Source: Utricularia gibba
Taxonomy: Eukaryota > Plantae > Magnoliophyta
Reading direction: 5' to 3'
NCBI GenBank assembly: GCA_002189035.1
Contig: CM007990.1
Location: forward strand, 3,782,001-3,846,000
Length of the DNA: 64,000 nucleotides
The translations under genes and the position numbers were made by a program. The notes under the pieces were generated by a model. The model did no database searches. It was not told the DNA's origin and worked only from the letters and a program-made list of their open reading frames with translations. Of the stretch, positions 52,900 through 64,000 are shown piece by piece. Position 1 is the stretch's first letter, and every line of letters starts with the position of its first letter.

Positions 52900-54218
52900 A
52901 CTGATCCTTTCCGTGGTTTTGAAGAGCACCAATGGACGATGCTACCCAAAAAACTATTGCACCATTGATGAAACCTATTCCTTGACAAGTTGTTGGACCA
53001 ATACTCTGCGCTCATCATCTGAGAGGCACAAAAACAATTGCACATCCGCAGGCGTCTTCAACACAAGGTGAACATAAGAAAACTGATTTAATTATCTATC
53101 AATAAGGATATTAAAAATGATGAGAGTTGTGTAAAACTATACCTGAGACACATGCACAATCTGAATGGATGTCAGTAACATGTCCATTTTACGAAGGATG
53201 GATATAGCCTCATTTTATTGCTTTAATTGAGCATCAACAGGTGTCATGAATTTTTTTTTGCATAAGTTCAGTGATGGTATCTGTTCCTTTATGCATTGCT
53301 TTTAATTCCCCAATAAGATCTCCAATAATTTCATCCTCGCTTTGTCTCTTGTTAAATTTCCTCTTATGTGACCCTACATTGTTCTCAGCATCATCACCAT
53401 TAAGACCAGATGATTCGGCTTCTGAAATTGGCACAAAAGGTGGTATTTGAGTTGTTGGTGATTCTGGTTCATTGTTCATATTGGCATGATAGTCATTGCC
53501 TTCGACTTCAGTGGATGCACGGTTGGTAGCTTCCTCATGAACAACTTTATCTTTCCTGGTAGCACGATCTATTCCAAAAATCTCTACCCAATCTTCATAA
53601 AAGGCCACACTTTATTTCTCAAGGCCTTCAGTCCTTTGATGGTTGCCTAAAAACAAAATTCAACACTCCCAATAGCATTTCTCAAACACTTACAACTAGT
53701 AACATATAAAAAAAATGTAGCAGCTACCATAAAATGTATTCTAAAACAATTACAAAAAACATATGATTAAACCAATTTATATCATCAACGATTCCCAAAT
53801 TATTATCGGAATGGATTCTTAATAGTCACAAACTAATAAAAGTAAGAACTTTCCTAGAAAATACTAGTTCATCCCATATCTTGTCCGATGCTTCTAACAT
53901 CCTTGTTGTGTTATTCCAACCTATTCATGATCGAGAAAGAATGTCCTAGATCATGTAGTATTCCTTTTTCCAGATCTTGATTTTTGAAGTGGGTTTGCAT
54001 TTCTTCATCATCTTCTCAAGAGCTACATAATACTCATTTCTAAAACCATTTTCACTCTTCCACCCATTGTCAATAATATCCTTGAAAGCGATAATAAGAA
54101 TACGTTCTTCTTCAATGCTCCACCAACGTTTTGATTTCGATTGACCATTGTCGTTCTCTGTGTGGGAAGTGCTCATTTCACACAGAAAATTGGAGAATGA
54201 TTGAAGAGCTGAAGCCAA
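52900..54218 (-). pseudogene. Harbinger Myb/SANT-like ORF of element 1
   Basis: KRWWSIEEERILIIAFKDIIDNGWKSENGFRNEYY...IKIWKKEYYMI and FYEDWVEIFGIDRAT are typical of PIF ORF1 proteins. It is multi-exon and degenerate, and the lower boundary is approximate. Confidence 0.8.
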
Positions 54219-56109
54219 GAATCCTACTCTGATAAGAAAAATGTAGAAAGGTAAAAATGTGTTTGTTCATAATTTGTAAAAAGTAATCCAATATATGTCT
54301 ACTAAACAACTTATGGGATATATTATTCTAACCCACAAATTCCATACTACCACACATAATGTGTATTTATAGGAGGAATAATTTTTATTTGATATAAATT
54401 ATCCCAATATTACTAAAATCATTACCAAACACGACCTAAATTGAGTGAGTAATGAATGATTGAGGCGGGTCTTGAATTAGGGATTTGACGTACAATTTAG
54501 TTGAGGATCCTTTTTCAGTTCCAATTTGCCATCAGCCATTCTCTCTCTTCTATGGGTGACCACCCCATCTCGTCGGGTCGCCTACACACTGTAAAGACTG
54601 TGCGGCTTGGACTCGGGCTCACGTGAGTCGAGAAAGAAAGAATTCATCTGCGCAGCAGTCCACAGAGGCGCCCCTGCACACTCACTCCACTCATCCTCCC
54701 CTCTCCTTGCTGCTACTAAATGCCCTTCATCTATCTGTCTTCTTCTGTTTGTCGCCAGATCTACACAAACAACAAACGAAAAAACCATAATTCATGTCTT
54801 CCATGTGCATTCATTCCCTTCCCTTTCCCTTCTTTTGTTCAGTAAACTACCTTAATGTCTTGCAAGTTTGGACTCATGGGCATGGAGAAGAGAAGGCAGG
54901 CGAGCCAATGTCGGGTTTCTACATTTATATAGTTTAGGGTTACATTGCCGATCGGGAACTGGGTGACAGGGGGTTTGGTTGGGTGGTAAGTGTGAAACCT
55001 CCGATGGGGATTCCCGCAGCATGAGGTTATGAAATTTCCCCCAACAGTAGAAAGAGTAAAAGCAGCATGAGGTTATATAAAAGTATCTAATATTCAATTT
55101 GTATGTATAATTATATTAATAAAATATATTTTTTGGAAAATCTGTATTTGTAATATTAAAATTATTAATTAAAGATTCTTTATTATAAAAAAACAGATTA
55201 ATTTTTATTATTGAAGAATAATAATATATTACTTGTTTAAAAAAAATATTTAGAAAGATTTTTATGGATTTTTCAGAACAATTTAGATTTTATTTTAAAC
55301 GATAATTATTTTAGAGGTAATATAATAATCAATATTAAACAACATTGTCATATAATTTAACAAAATATAAGAAAACTTCATGTTATAAATTTAGATGACA
55401 TTTAATAATAAAATAATAATTATTCTGGATTTTAAGAATTTTGTTTTTATAGATTCTGCAAATCAAACATTATATCTAAATAAATAAAACGAATCATCTT
55501 ACACACATTGTACTGCACATTATATGCAATCATTCATCAAAAGAAAAAGACAAGATTGTAATTTGATAATTCAATTATAGTGAATATTATTATATTAGTT
55601 AAATGCAATTATTTGAAAAAATTCTTTACAAGGTGCAAAAAAAAAATTCAAAACATACAGGGCATGTTTGCTTCATGGGTTTAAGTAGGTTTATAGGTTG
55701 GTTTAATGTATTAGGTCTGTTTGGTATGTAGGTTCATATTGGGTACAAATTTACCCGGCAAGTTTACTTAAATCTGTCGGCAACCCACTCATATGGGTTT
55801 ATATAAACCCATCTAGGGAGGTGGGTTTAAATATACCTGTCTTTAACCATGTTGCACTTTCCAATTTTAGCCTTCTCCTTATTATTTACTTCCAATCGTG
55901 CCCTTGTTTTTACTAAAATTAACTTTAGTGTCCTTGCTCCTAAATTTGCGCAAATCACCGTCTTCCACAGGCAATCTTCTGTGAAATTGCGAGAATACAT
56001 CTTGGGTAAGGTGCACATGGTTGTTGTCACCAAGCATACAGTTGGGTATGGTTGTATTTATTATTAAACTATTTTTTATGCTCTACATTAATCCATCTTG
56101 TGGTGAGTA

Positions 56110-57838
56110 GTGGCTTCGAGTAGTGAAATGACGGCGAGGTCTTATGAGTCTGAAAATGAGGCCGTGTTAGCTGCTATTACATGTGTGTTAGTAGAATATC
56201 TATTTAGGTTGAATTTTATTGTCTATCTTTATTGGACTCGTTATTGTGGAAGACAAAAATGTAAATGCAAGTATTCTATGAAGGAGAAGATGAACAGACA
56301 GGTTGACTATTTAAGTAGTCTTTTAACAGAATCTAAATCGCAGATTTAGTCCCAACCTTCTAATCAGTTTATTCGAGCAATGCAGCATAGGTCGCAACAC
56401 AAATCCCAAGGAGCCGAATATGAATAGTATAGTGGCAGAGAAGGTGGTAGAAGTCTGAAAAAGAGTACACACCAAGTCCAAGGAGAAGAAAAAGTGAGAT
56501 TTTGGACAAAAAGGGAGGGAAGATGAGAGAGAAGACAGATCTCTCCATTGGAGACTCACGAACAACTTTCTGGAGAAGGTTTTCTGGGGAGAAAGAAGGG
56601 TGAAGACGAACAGGAACTCAGCTCATGCTTGAAGATTATTTTCTGTTTTCCAACGATTATTACTCTTAGCTAAGATTAGCTAGCGACATTTCCAGCTTTC
56701 AGCTGAACTTTTAAGTTTTCTGGTTGTTTATTTTCTGGAAGTCAACTGAGACATGAGTGCGTTGTCGATGATGTTTTCTTTTCTATTTTCGTTTGACTCA
56801 AGTATGAGTGGCTAAGTACTTAGGGGGTACCTTGGGGTGAAAAGGGGAGAAACATGCTAATCAATCTTTAGACCTAAACAGCCATAAGTTACGATACTTC
56901 CTTAACAAACTAATGAAACCTAGCTTAATAACCCTAATTAGAGGTAGACCAAAGATTAAGGGGAAAAACAAGAGTCCGGGTAGACCTAGACCTTGTGAGT
57001 TAGTTGTATGATTTGTGGTTTGTGTGAGCTTGTTTAGTGATGAGCATACATCCCTTAGGAGTCCCAAGGCATTACCCATTTTATTCCAGAAACAACCGAG
57101 CTCTAGAACTTATTACTTTTCTTTACCAACATGTAGTTCTGCCTTAGTCCTAGTTAAGACCAATTTACCAACATGACACTGATTTCATGCTTTGACTAAT
57201 CACTTGACAAGCGCCTGCTCTTCGTGTTCAACTCTAATCACTATGCTCATAATTGTTTTACATTTATCAGCTTATAAATTTATTTGATAGAAAGATTTAC
57301 ATTTACGACATGTGAATTTATCGTTTATCACACCTAATTTGATGTAACATGTCCATCTCTTGTGATAGGTACTTATTATTTATGTGACAATGGATACGCG
57401 AATTGTGAAGGATTTTTAGCACTTTATAGGAGGGTTCGATACCATTTGAAGGATTGGGGTGTGGGAACTCGAACACCCCAAAATGCACAGGAGTATTTCA
57501 ATATGCGCCATTCTTCCGCTAGAAATGTTATTGAACGAGTTTGAGGGCTCATGAAGATGAGATGGGCTGTGCCAAATAGTCCATGTTTTTATCCAATAGA
57601 TATTCAAAACTTTATAGTTGTGGCCTGCACCTTGTTACACAATTTCATACACAAGGAAATGACCGAAGACCCTCTCGAGACTGTAGTGCCTTCAAATTTT
57701 CATAATGTAGACACAGACATAGGTGAAGTTGAAGATGACAATTCAACCACTGGGTCCTCCCATTCTTGGAATGCATTTTGCGATGCGTGCGCTGCCAACA
57801 TGTACGAGGAGTGGCGGTCATGCCGTAGAAGGAGGTAA
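56110..57838 (+). pseudogene. Harbinger DDE transposase of element 2, interrupted and internally deleted
   Basis: The N-terminus is at 56110-~56336. The C-terminus reads GTYYLCDNGYANCEGFLA.YR.VRYHLKDW...EYFNMRHSSARNVIERV.G.MKMRWA...VVACTLLHNFIH...MYEEW. Confidence 0.87.
56337..57330 (+). mobile_element. 5'-truncated LTR of the Athila-like family inside Harbinger 2
   Basis: It ends in CGTTTATCA like 28659 and shares AGTATGAGT.G and AATTAGAGGTAGACC motifs with the other LTR copies. The left boundary is approximate. Confidence 0.7.
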
Positions 57839-57852
57839 TGTTGTGTCATTAG

Positions 57853-58620
57853 GGACTATACAACCACCTCGTAAGACACTGGTTTTCGATGTGAATGGTG
57901 TTCTCGCTGATGTAATATTCATGAGGGGTGCTGGAAGACTCCAATGACCAGCAGATGCGGTCATCTATGGCCAATATTGTAATACATTTGGATTGCATGA
58001 AGCTTTCATTCTTAATCAGTTTGCTTGATTGTTTTTGGAGTGTTCCTGTAGCCGCACGCTAGACAATTCATCCAATGGTGCTTGGACAAATTTGATGTAG
58101 GTATCTAGTCATCTAGACATGGGTAAGACTTCCTTCCATCCATTCCATCATGATCCTGAACACTTGTGTCCCTAATTTCTGTCAATGTAGACCGCAGTTG
58201 GTATAAATTGTGAAGTGGATCTTTGGTGGCAAGTGGGCACGTCAACTTTCATTCACTTGGGATGATGAATAGGCCACACCATACAGATGTCTGCACACAA
58301 CTACCCCAACAAGCTCGTGAGACTCAAAGAACTGAGTCACATATGGAATTGCACCAACAAATTCCATAGAAAATACAATAGATCAAACACACTATTCATT
58401 GATGATTCACCCTATAAGTCAATTAAAAATCCGATAAGCATTCATAATAAATTTCCTATTTATGCATTTGGATTTTGGTGTGTAATGTGAAGTTTTTATT
58501 CTTACCCTGGTAGCATGATAATGTTATGTTCCCGGCCGCCTATTAATACACGGATGTGGCCGATTGTGCATTGGGTGAAGATGGTGAAATCATAGTGTTT
58601 TTAGAAGATTTGTTGCAGGC
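57853..58620 (+). pseudogene. FCP1/NIF-homology HAD-like phosphatase gene (4 exons) inside Harbinger 2
   Basis: Exon translations: PRKTLVFDVNGVLADV...*PADAVIYG; VFL*PHARQFIQWCLDKFDVGI*SSR; LSFTWD...NKLVRLKELSHIWN..KYNRSNTLFIDDSPYKSIKNP; HDNVMFPAAY*YTDVADCALGEDGEIIVFLEDLLQA. These match, in order, the motifs of plant FCP1-homology-domain proteins (LDLNGLLAD, F.RP...FL..CF..F.VGIWSSR, LLFCWD, NTLLLDDSPYKAL.NP, HTAIFP..Y..D..LG..G.LR.YLE.L). Confidence 0.85.
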
Positions 58621-58794
58621 GATGGTCTCGATTGCCTGATGAAACCCCCCTCTAAACCCATTTTCTACCTTCCATCCATCTTGTACTACTTGTTTTAAAG
58701 CAAATATCAGATGTTTCTCTTCTTCTAGTTTCCATTGATGCTTCGATTTCTTGCCACCATCTTCATTGCCATTATCCTCCTTTCTAGTCCTCAT
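58621..58794 (-). pseudogene. N-terminal Myb/SANT-like ORF of Harbinger 2, truncated
   Basis: KHQWKLEEEKHLIFALKQVVQDGWKVENGFRGGF. The ORF then runs into antisense of phosphatase exon 4 at ~58620. Confidence 0.8.
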
Positions 58795-59035
58795 TCTTCT
58801 ATGGAAGAAATGACGGTATAGACAAACACGTAATTAAATAATCTAAAAAAAATCATTTCTACAAACAACACTAATAATACCACAAAATTAGTTCAATTAT
58901 GAATCATATTAACAAAAAATTACGTCAAAGACAGAATCTATCAATTAATCCAACACACAACACATCTACGTTGCAATAAATATCAATAAGCCGAATACAA
59001 TATAGTTTTCTTCAATAAAAATCAAGCATAGGCCA

Positions 59036-60345
59036 TGCTGCGTGTCGTTTCCTCAACAAATTTAAAATAATTAAAACGTAAAACACTAAAAAGCGTAGTA
59101 CGAGTATCGATCTCAGGGAGTTGTTTTTCGTGGAAAGTGTTTTGTAAAGAACTTCTACAAAATGTCACGGTTTTGTAAAAGGGGGTTTTTAAGATGCATA
59201 AATAAAAGATACAACCTAAGTGATGTGCCATGACTACGGGACGCAGTTCCTGGGAATAAGACTCCATCTCCTTCCTTTGTCCGTCCTTGCCTCGGTTTTC
59301 ACTGATTTCTTCCGAATAGCTGGTTATAGGAGCAAAGAATAGCCTACTCTCCCTTACACCCTGATTGACAAGGAGGCATGGGAATAGCCTCATGTAATTC
59401 CCCCTTGGACGATTAGGAAGACAAGAGGATTGCCTTCGATTGCCTTCAAAACCGAATTGTGCGTGTGTGCCCAGCTGTTGCCAATGGCCAGTGGCAGGTC
59501 CGAGGTCACAACCTGTCCACTGTCGCGGTACCTAGGCCACAAAAAATCTGCTACTTCCCTCGAACCAGCAGGGTTGGAGTTGGTGCTCTTCACCTTGATT
59601 TTCACCAAAATCCGCGAGAAGTGGCCTACTACTCATAGACCTTGACTAAGAGTCATTACAGAAAGACTGCAACAAGACGCTTGGAAGTATGCGGAATCCA
59701 AATTGAATTCAGTGAAGAACCGAGTGTATTGCTCAGAACTTGGAAGGAAACTTCATCTACTTCCTAGAAACTAAAGGTTTTTAGCCTGAAAGGGCCATAG
59801 AAACAGAAATGAAAAGGAAGTTAAGTGTTCTTCCTCCTTGAGGGGAGGAAGAACCTTTAAGTTCTAGGTACAAGAGAAAATGTTCAAAAAGTCCGACACT
59901 AAGTGCTCCAAGTGGTTTTTATATGACTTCCCACGTGCATTAACTCTTTTGGGTTCCCTTCCCATCATTCCTTTGTCTTGTGTGTGCTAGCAGCCTTTCT
60001 TTGCGTGCAAGTTTGCACCTAATCATTGCTGCATACTCTGACATGCCGTAAGTCATGGGCCTTGACCAGTGTCAATCTTCCGCCCACAATCATTCCAACT
60101 CACGTACAAGGCACGAAAACTCAGAGTCTGACCACCTGCGATACTCCTGCAACACTCTATGACAGTCTCCTGACATGTCTCGGTCACAGTGCGAGAAAAA
60201 AGATATAAAATATACAAAAAATGGGAAAATATGAATTTTCTAGTAAAAATCAAATACTTCATAATAAGACTCCTAATTTGGGCAACCTCATACATAATTA
60301 ACACATAATAATACCTAATAAATAACTAGATAATGACACTTAACA
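59036..60345 (-). mobile_element. Solo LTR (1310 bp), same family as 8219-9528, inverted
   Basis: It has a perfect TSD GGCCA (59031-59035, 60346-60350) and is reverse-complement collinear with 8219-9528. Confidence 0.92.
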
Positions 60346-60720
60346 GGCCATGCCGTGAAACCCATCACAGTGCATATGAAATTTATACCAAAATTTGCTT
60401 GATAAGCAAAAGGTGTGCTCGGACGGCACAGCGCAAGCGATCCTATTCGATTAGGGATTAGTGGGTTTCAAAATAGTCTTATTTTTATACTAAAAAATAC
60501 TCACATACCATGGGCATATTAGTAATTTAACTAAAAAAATATACTAAACACATCTCTTCTAAACTCACTAACCGAACACAAGTAGCAATTAACCTTAACC
60601 TTACTAACCTGCAAACCAAACAAGTTTTTCAAATGTAAACCCATATCCATGGGTTTATATATACCCAAATAATTCAAACCCAGGTAAATTTCAAGCCCAC
60701 GAAGCAAACACGCCCTAAAG

Positions 60721-62200
60721 GTTTCGGAAAACTAAATAAATAAAATGTTCTATTTCCGTGAACTACTATTCACAGCATGGAACAATAGCAATGAACTATA
60801 TCTTAGTAGTGTTCTTGAGGAAGGGGAGTCTTCTTCACGAGAATCTTCTTCTTCTCCTTTTTTGATCAATGTTCGTATTGTTGAAGCTTTGTTGGAGCTC
60901 CGGAAGCTCTCCTTTCGATTCTCTTTCCTCCAAAATCATCTTCTCCTCTCCCATTTCCCAAAGCAAGTCCTATCTTTGACACTACTATTGCTCATGTCCT
61001 TGACTTGTAGATTGTCACCGTGACAGTACACTCATTGTTCCTTTCTTAATGTTACTTTTTCCTTGGCAACCTGATGCTTGCATGAAATCCATATTGCCTA
61101 CCCTAATTTTTTGGACTTGCTACTAGATTCAAAAGAGGGTTAATCACATGGGATGGGCTAAATTGAAGGATTTAGCCCATTTGCACACAAAATTCATATG
61201 TTCCCTAAGTTTTGAAAAAACATTTGAAACTATAAACTAAACAACTAAAACATAATAAAAAGTCATAATTTTCTTATCGTAAAACAATAAAATTTGTGTG
61301 CTATCACACTATGCTACAACGATATTAGACTTGTCCCTAACTCCTAATTAAAAGTAATTGGAAGCTGCTACGAAATAACAAGAAAACTTGAGTTAATGAT
61401 CGAGCAATGATTTTCATATGCATGAACAATAGAAGTGCTTGTGTGCATGTCAATAAACCTTCTCAATCTTTCTTTTCGGTGGTTGTACCAGATTGAATAT
61501 AAAGCCGTCTTGGATGGCGAGGCCTCAATGTTGACAGTGTATCGGATGGTAAAGAGCAACACCAACTTCTGATAAGATCCCACGTTATATGGCTCTAACT
61601 GTTTGAACCAAGTTTTTGCCCCTCTCAAGAGCGAGCAAGCGAACAACTTACACTTCAAGGATTCAGTATATAGTACCCTCACCATCCTCATATCAAAATC
61701 AGTCACATGGGATATGGGATCCTCTTTTCCATCATAAGTCGGCAGCCTATCCGGTACCTTGAACACTCTTCCAAGTTCTTCTACGATGAGTTCGTCTAAG
61801 AAAGGGTCAAAATGCAAGGTGGCCATTCCGGTTAGCCCCTCCGCACTGCTTTTCAGGGCCAAGTCGATGTCGGTTAGTACATCCCCACGCTCTATGACCA
61901 CATTCTGCTTGAAGGCATCTTGAAATCCCCTACTTTCTCTCACCACTCGTTGCATCCGCAGGCCGATCTCCCTTCTCTTTTCACAAATTTCGTCTAATTC
62001 TCTCCTCAATTCCTCTTCTCTTTTCTCTAGGATTTCTCTCGCTATTTCCTCCCTATCCATACCTGATTCATAAATGATCTTGTTGTGCCTTTTCCTTTAC
62101 AGCATTTCCTTCTTGGTTTCAGATTGAGTCTTCGTCTCTTGAAGGTATTCCAACTCTGGGGGTTTCAGGAAGAAATTGTAAAAGAACCCTAAAGAAGAAG
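60721..62200 (-). mobile_element. Chimeric gypsy remnant: partial Athila-family LTR (to 61306) and 3' UTR joined to a Tat/Ogre-type gag fragment (61368-62060)
   Basis: TGTGCTATCA|CACTATGCTACAACGA junction is the same as at 48394. The ORF contains FKVPDRLPTYDGKEDPISHVTDFDMRM...CKLFACSLLRGAKTWFKQLEP, a retrotransposon gag motif set. Confidence 0.7.
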
Positions 62201-62687
62201 AGAGACGAAACCATGAACCAAGCATATTTTTAAAAATTTCTTTTGTTTATGAGGAATATTGCTCCTATTTGGAAGTAGTTTTAACATTCTATGTGAACCA
62301 TTTATGATTTATGCTTTTTTTATGTTTCTTTTTTGTTGTTAAAGTTTGAAACATGGATTATGTTTACATTATGTTATGCATTAGTTTTATTTCTTTTGTC
62401 ATAAATAGTTCAGCATCTAATGGTACCTTGGGATAAAGAGAGATAGGCATGTTTGTTGTTCACTAAATCATATTTATCATGTAGTCATACTATTTTATGG
62501 AAACAAAATTAGATCTAGGAGAGGGAGGTAATGATGTTTATCATAAACAACCCTAATTAGAGGTAGACCAAAAATTAGGGGAAAACAAAGGTATAAATAG
62601 ATTTAAATCTTAATTTGTTAGGTGAATTACTTTAGGTTTAAGTGAAATAATTATTGAAATTAGCATGTTAATCTTGGGAGTCCCAAG

Positions 62688-63283
62688 TAGACCTGGGTAT
62701 GGGTATGGGTCAACTCGGGTTAGCCATGAGTCGACTTGCATAAAATGGGTATGAGTTACTCATACTCGTGAAAAACAAGTATGAGTGGAGTCGGTGATTT
62801 TCGACTCGACGAGTTACTCAGGTAACTCGTAAAAAAATGAATGATTTGTACTCTAGATTATTCATTTCTTAATTTAGATTTTATATCTTTTTATTTAATA
62901 TTAATAATTTGATACTAATTAATTTTGCCAATATTATATACCGTTAGTGTCAAATATCGTAAAGGAGTAGAGAAAACTTTATTACATTTTTTTAAATCAA
63001 ATATTTAATAATTAAATAGATCATATACAAATAAAAAAATTCTTATATAACAAAAAAAGTAATTGAAAAATAGAATAATTATTTTAAAAAATAAGATAAA
63101 ATACGATTTGACGAGTACATACTTGGATCAACTCGACAAGTCAACAGATAACGAGTCAACTCAAGTACGATACGAGTTGGGGATCAAAACCCGTCAACCC
63201 GTCGACTCGTGAGCTCATAATAAAGCCATGACTCGATAAGTCCGACTCATTACTCGACAAGTCACCACCCATGCCCAGGTCAA
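62688..63283. mobile_element. hAT-type MITE (596 bp) inserted in an LTR remnant
   Basis: TIRs are TAGACCTGGGTATGGGT...ACCCATGCCCAGGTCAA, with an 8-bp TSD GTCCCAAG/ATCCCAAG. It has many subterminal ACTCG/CGAGT repeats and no ORF. Confidence 0.8.
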
Positions 63284-63569
63284 ATCCCAAGGCATCACCT
63301 CATTTCTTCCTAAGCACCAACTGAGTTCACCAATTTGTTGATTTGTGGTACTATATTTTATCACAAAAATGAATTAGTTATAGCTTACACTAAATCTTTT
63401 CTCTGTGACATTCATTGAATATATTGACTCTCACATAATAAAAACTCTTAATTATTTCACTATACTCATAATTGTTTCATTATTAAGTGTGTATTAGATT
63501 TATAAATTTTATTGATTAGGAAAATTTAAAATTTTATAATGACGTGCAAATTTTTGTTTATCAATACAT

Positions 63570-64000
63570 ATATGTTGTTGTGAGCTAGTTGCAAGTGATT
63601 GTTTCCATGCATTACTTATATGATTGCTACTACACCCATTATACATGGTGGGGAAAGAAGCACATAATAAATTGTTCTATTGTATAAGTGATTCCTACAT
63701 CTAGAGGTTTCCCAGCTGTACTAGGTTTTTACCTGGTAAATCTACATGCGACATATGCATACAAAACACATTCTTATCTAGAGCTACGCAAGGCCATCCC
63801 GCATCTACATCTGTTTAATCCCTAAATCTTCCTGAGTACTTCTAACAATATTATTCCAAGTTTTTTCAATGGAAGGGTATTGTTTCAACAGTGTTTAGTT
63901 AAATACAGTATGTTGACTTAAATAATGATTTAATTTAAAAGTGATTGAAGTGTTATTTATGCTAAACAACATACTCTAGGACTACAAAGTAAAAGACAGA
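63570..64000 (-). repeat. SCPL 3'-flank repeat; implies another array copy just beyond the window
   Basis: It is collinear with the sequence immediately downstream of copies 4 (~22930-23345) and 6 (~34450-34870), and its last bases match 39961-39990, just downstream of the copy 7 stop. Confidence 0.8.

Larger units (their letters stand above)
45785..54436. mobile_element. PIF/Harbinger DNA transposon 1 with a nested Ty3/gypsy
   Basis: TIRs are GGGCATGTTTGGT...ACCAAACACGACC, with TAA TSD at 45782-45784 and 54437-54439. It contains a plus-strand DDE transposase and a convergent minus-strand Myb/SANT ORF. Confidence 0.88.
55660..60715. mobile_element. PIF/Harbinger DNA transposon 2 carrying an FCP1-homology gene
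   Basis: TIRs are GGGCATGTTTGCTTCATGGG...CCCACGAAGCAAACACGCCC (18/20 match). TAA follows the right TIR, but the left flank is ACA, so the TSD is imperfect. It contains transposase pieces, a Myb ORF and two LTR insertions. Confidence 0.85.

Noticed and set aside
62700-63260. Repeated ACTCG/CGAGT motifs as a CRISPR-like or regulatory array
   Set aside because: They are short, irregularly spaced subterminal repeats inside a TIR/TSD-bounded MITE in eukaryotic DNA.

Overview
This window is flowering-plant nuclear DNA; I saw no rRNA, tRNA or CRISPR. It starts with LHCB6 (CP24), which has two apparent 1-nt frameshifts in exon 1, followed by a decayed FabZ fragment. Positions ~4.7-42.5 kb hold a minus-strand tandem array of clade IA (acyltransferase-type) serine carboxypeptidase-like genes. 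Four copies read as intact 14-exon genes (23462-25836, 29027-31387, 34921-37269, 40102-42477), three are TE-disrupted or deleted pseudogenes, and the 3' flank of a probable eighth copy sits at the window end. All copies use GC-AG splice donors at the same introns and carry unusual catalytic-motif contexts (GDSFSG, SG[S/N]FD, AAGH). The remainder is nested TEs: a Ty1/copia element, several solo LTRs, Athila-like Ty3/gypsy remnants, two PIF/Harbinger elements and a hAT-type MITE. The most striking observation is that the second Harbinger (55660-60715) carries, between its transposase and Myb/SANT ORF, a four-exon FCP1/NIF-type HAD phosphatase gene with its introns retained. All calls come from manual reading and translation; no database searches were run.
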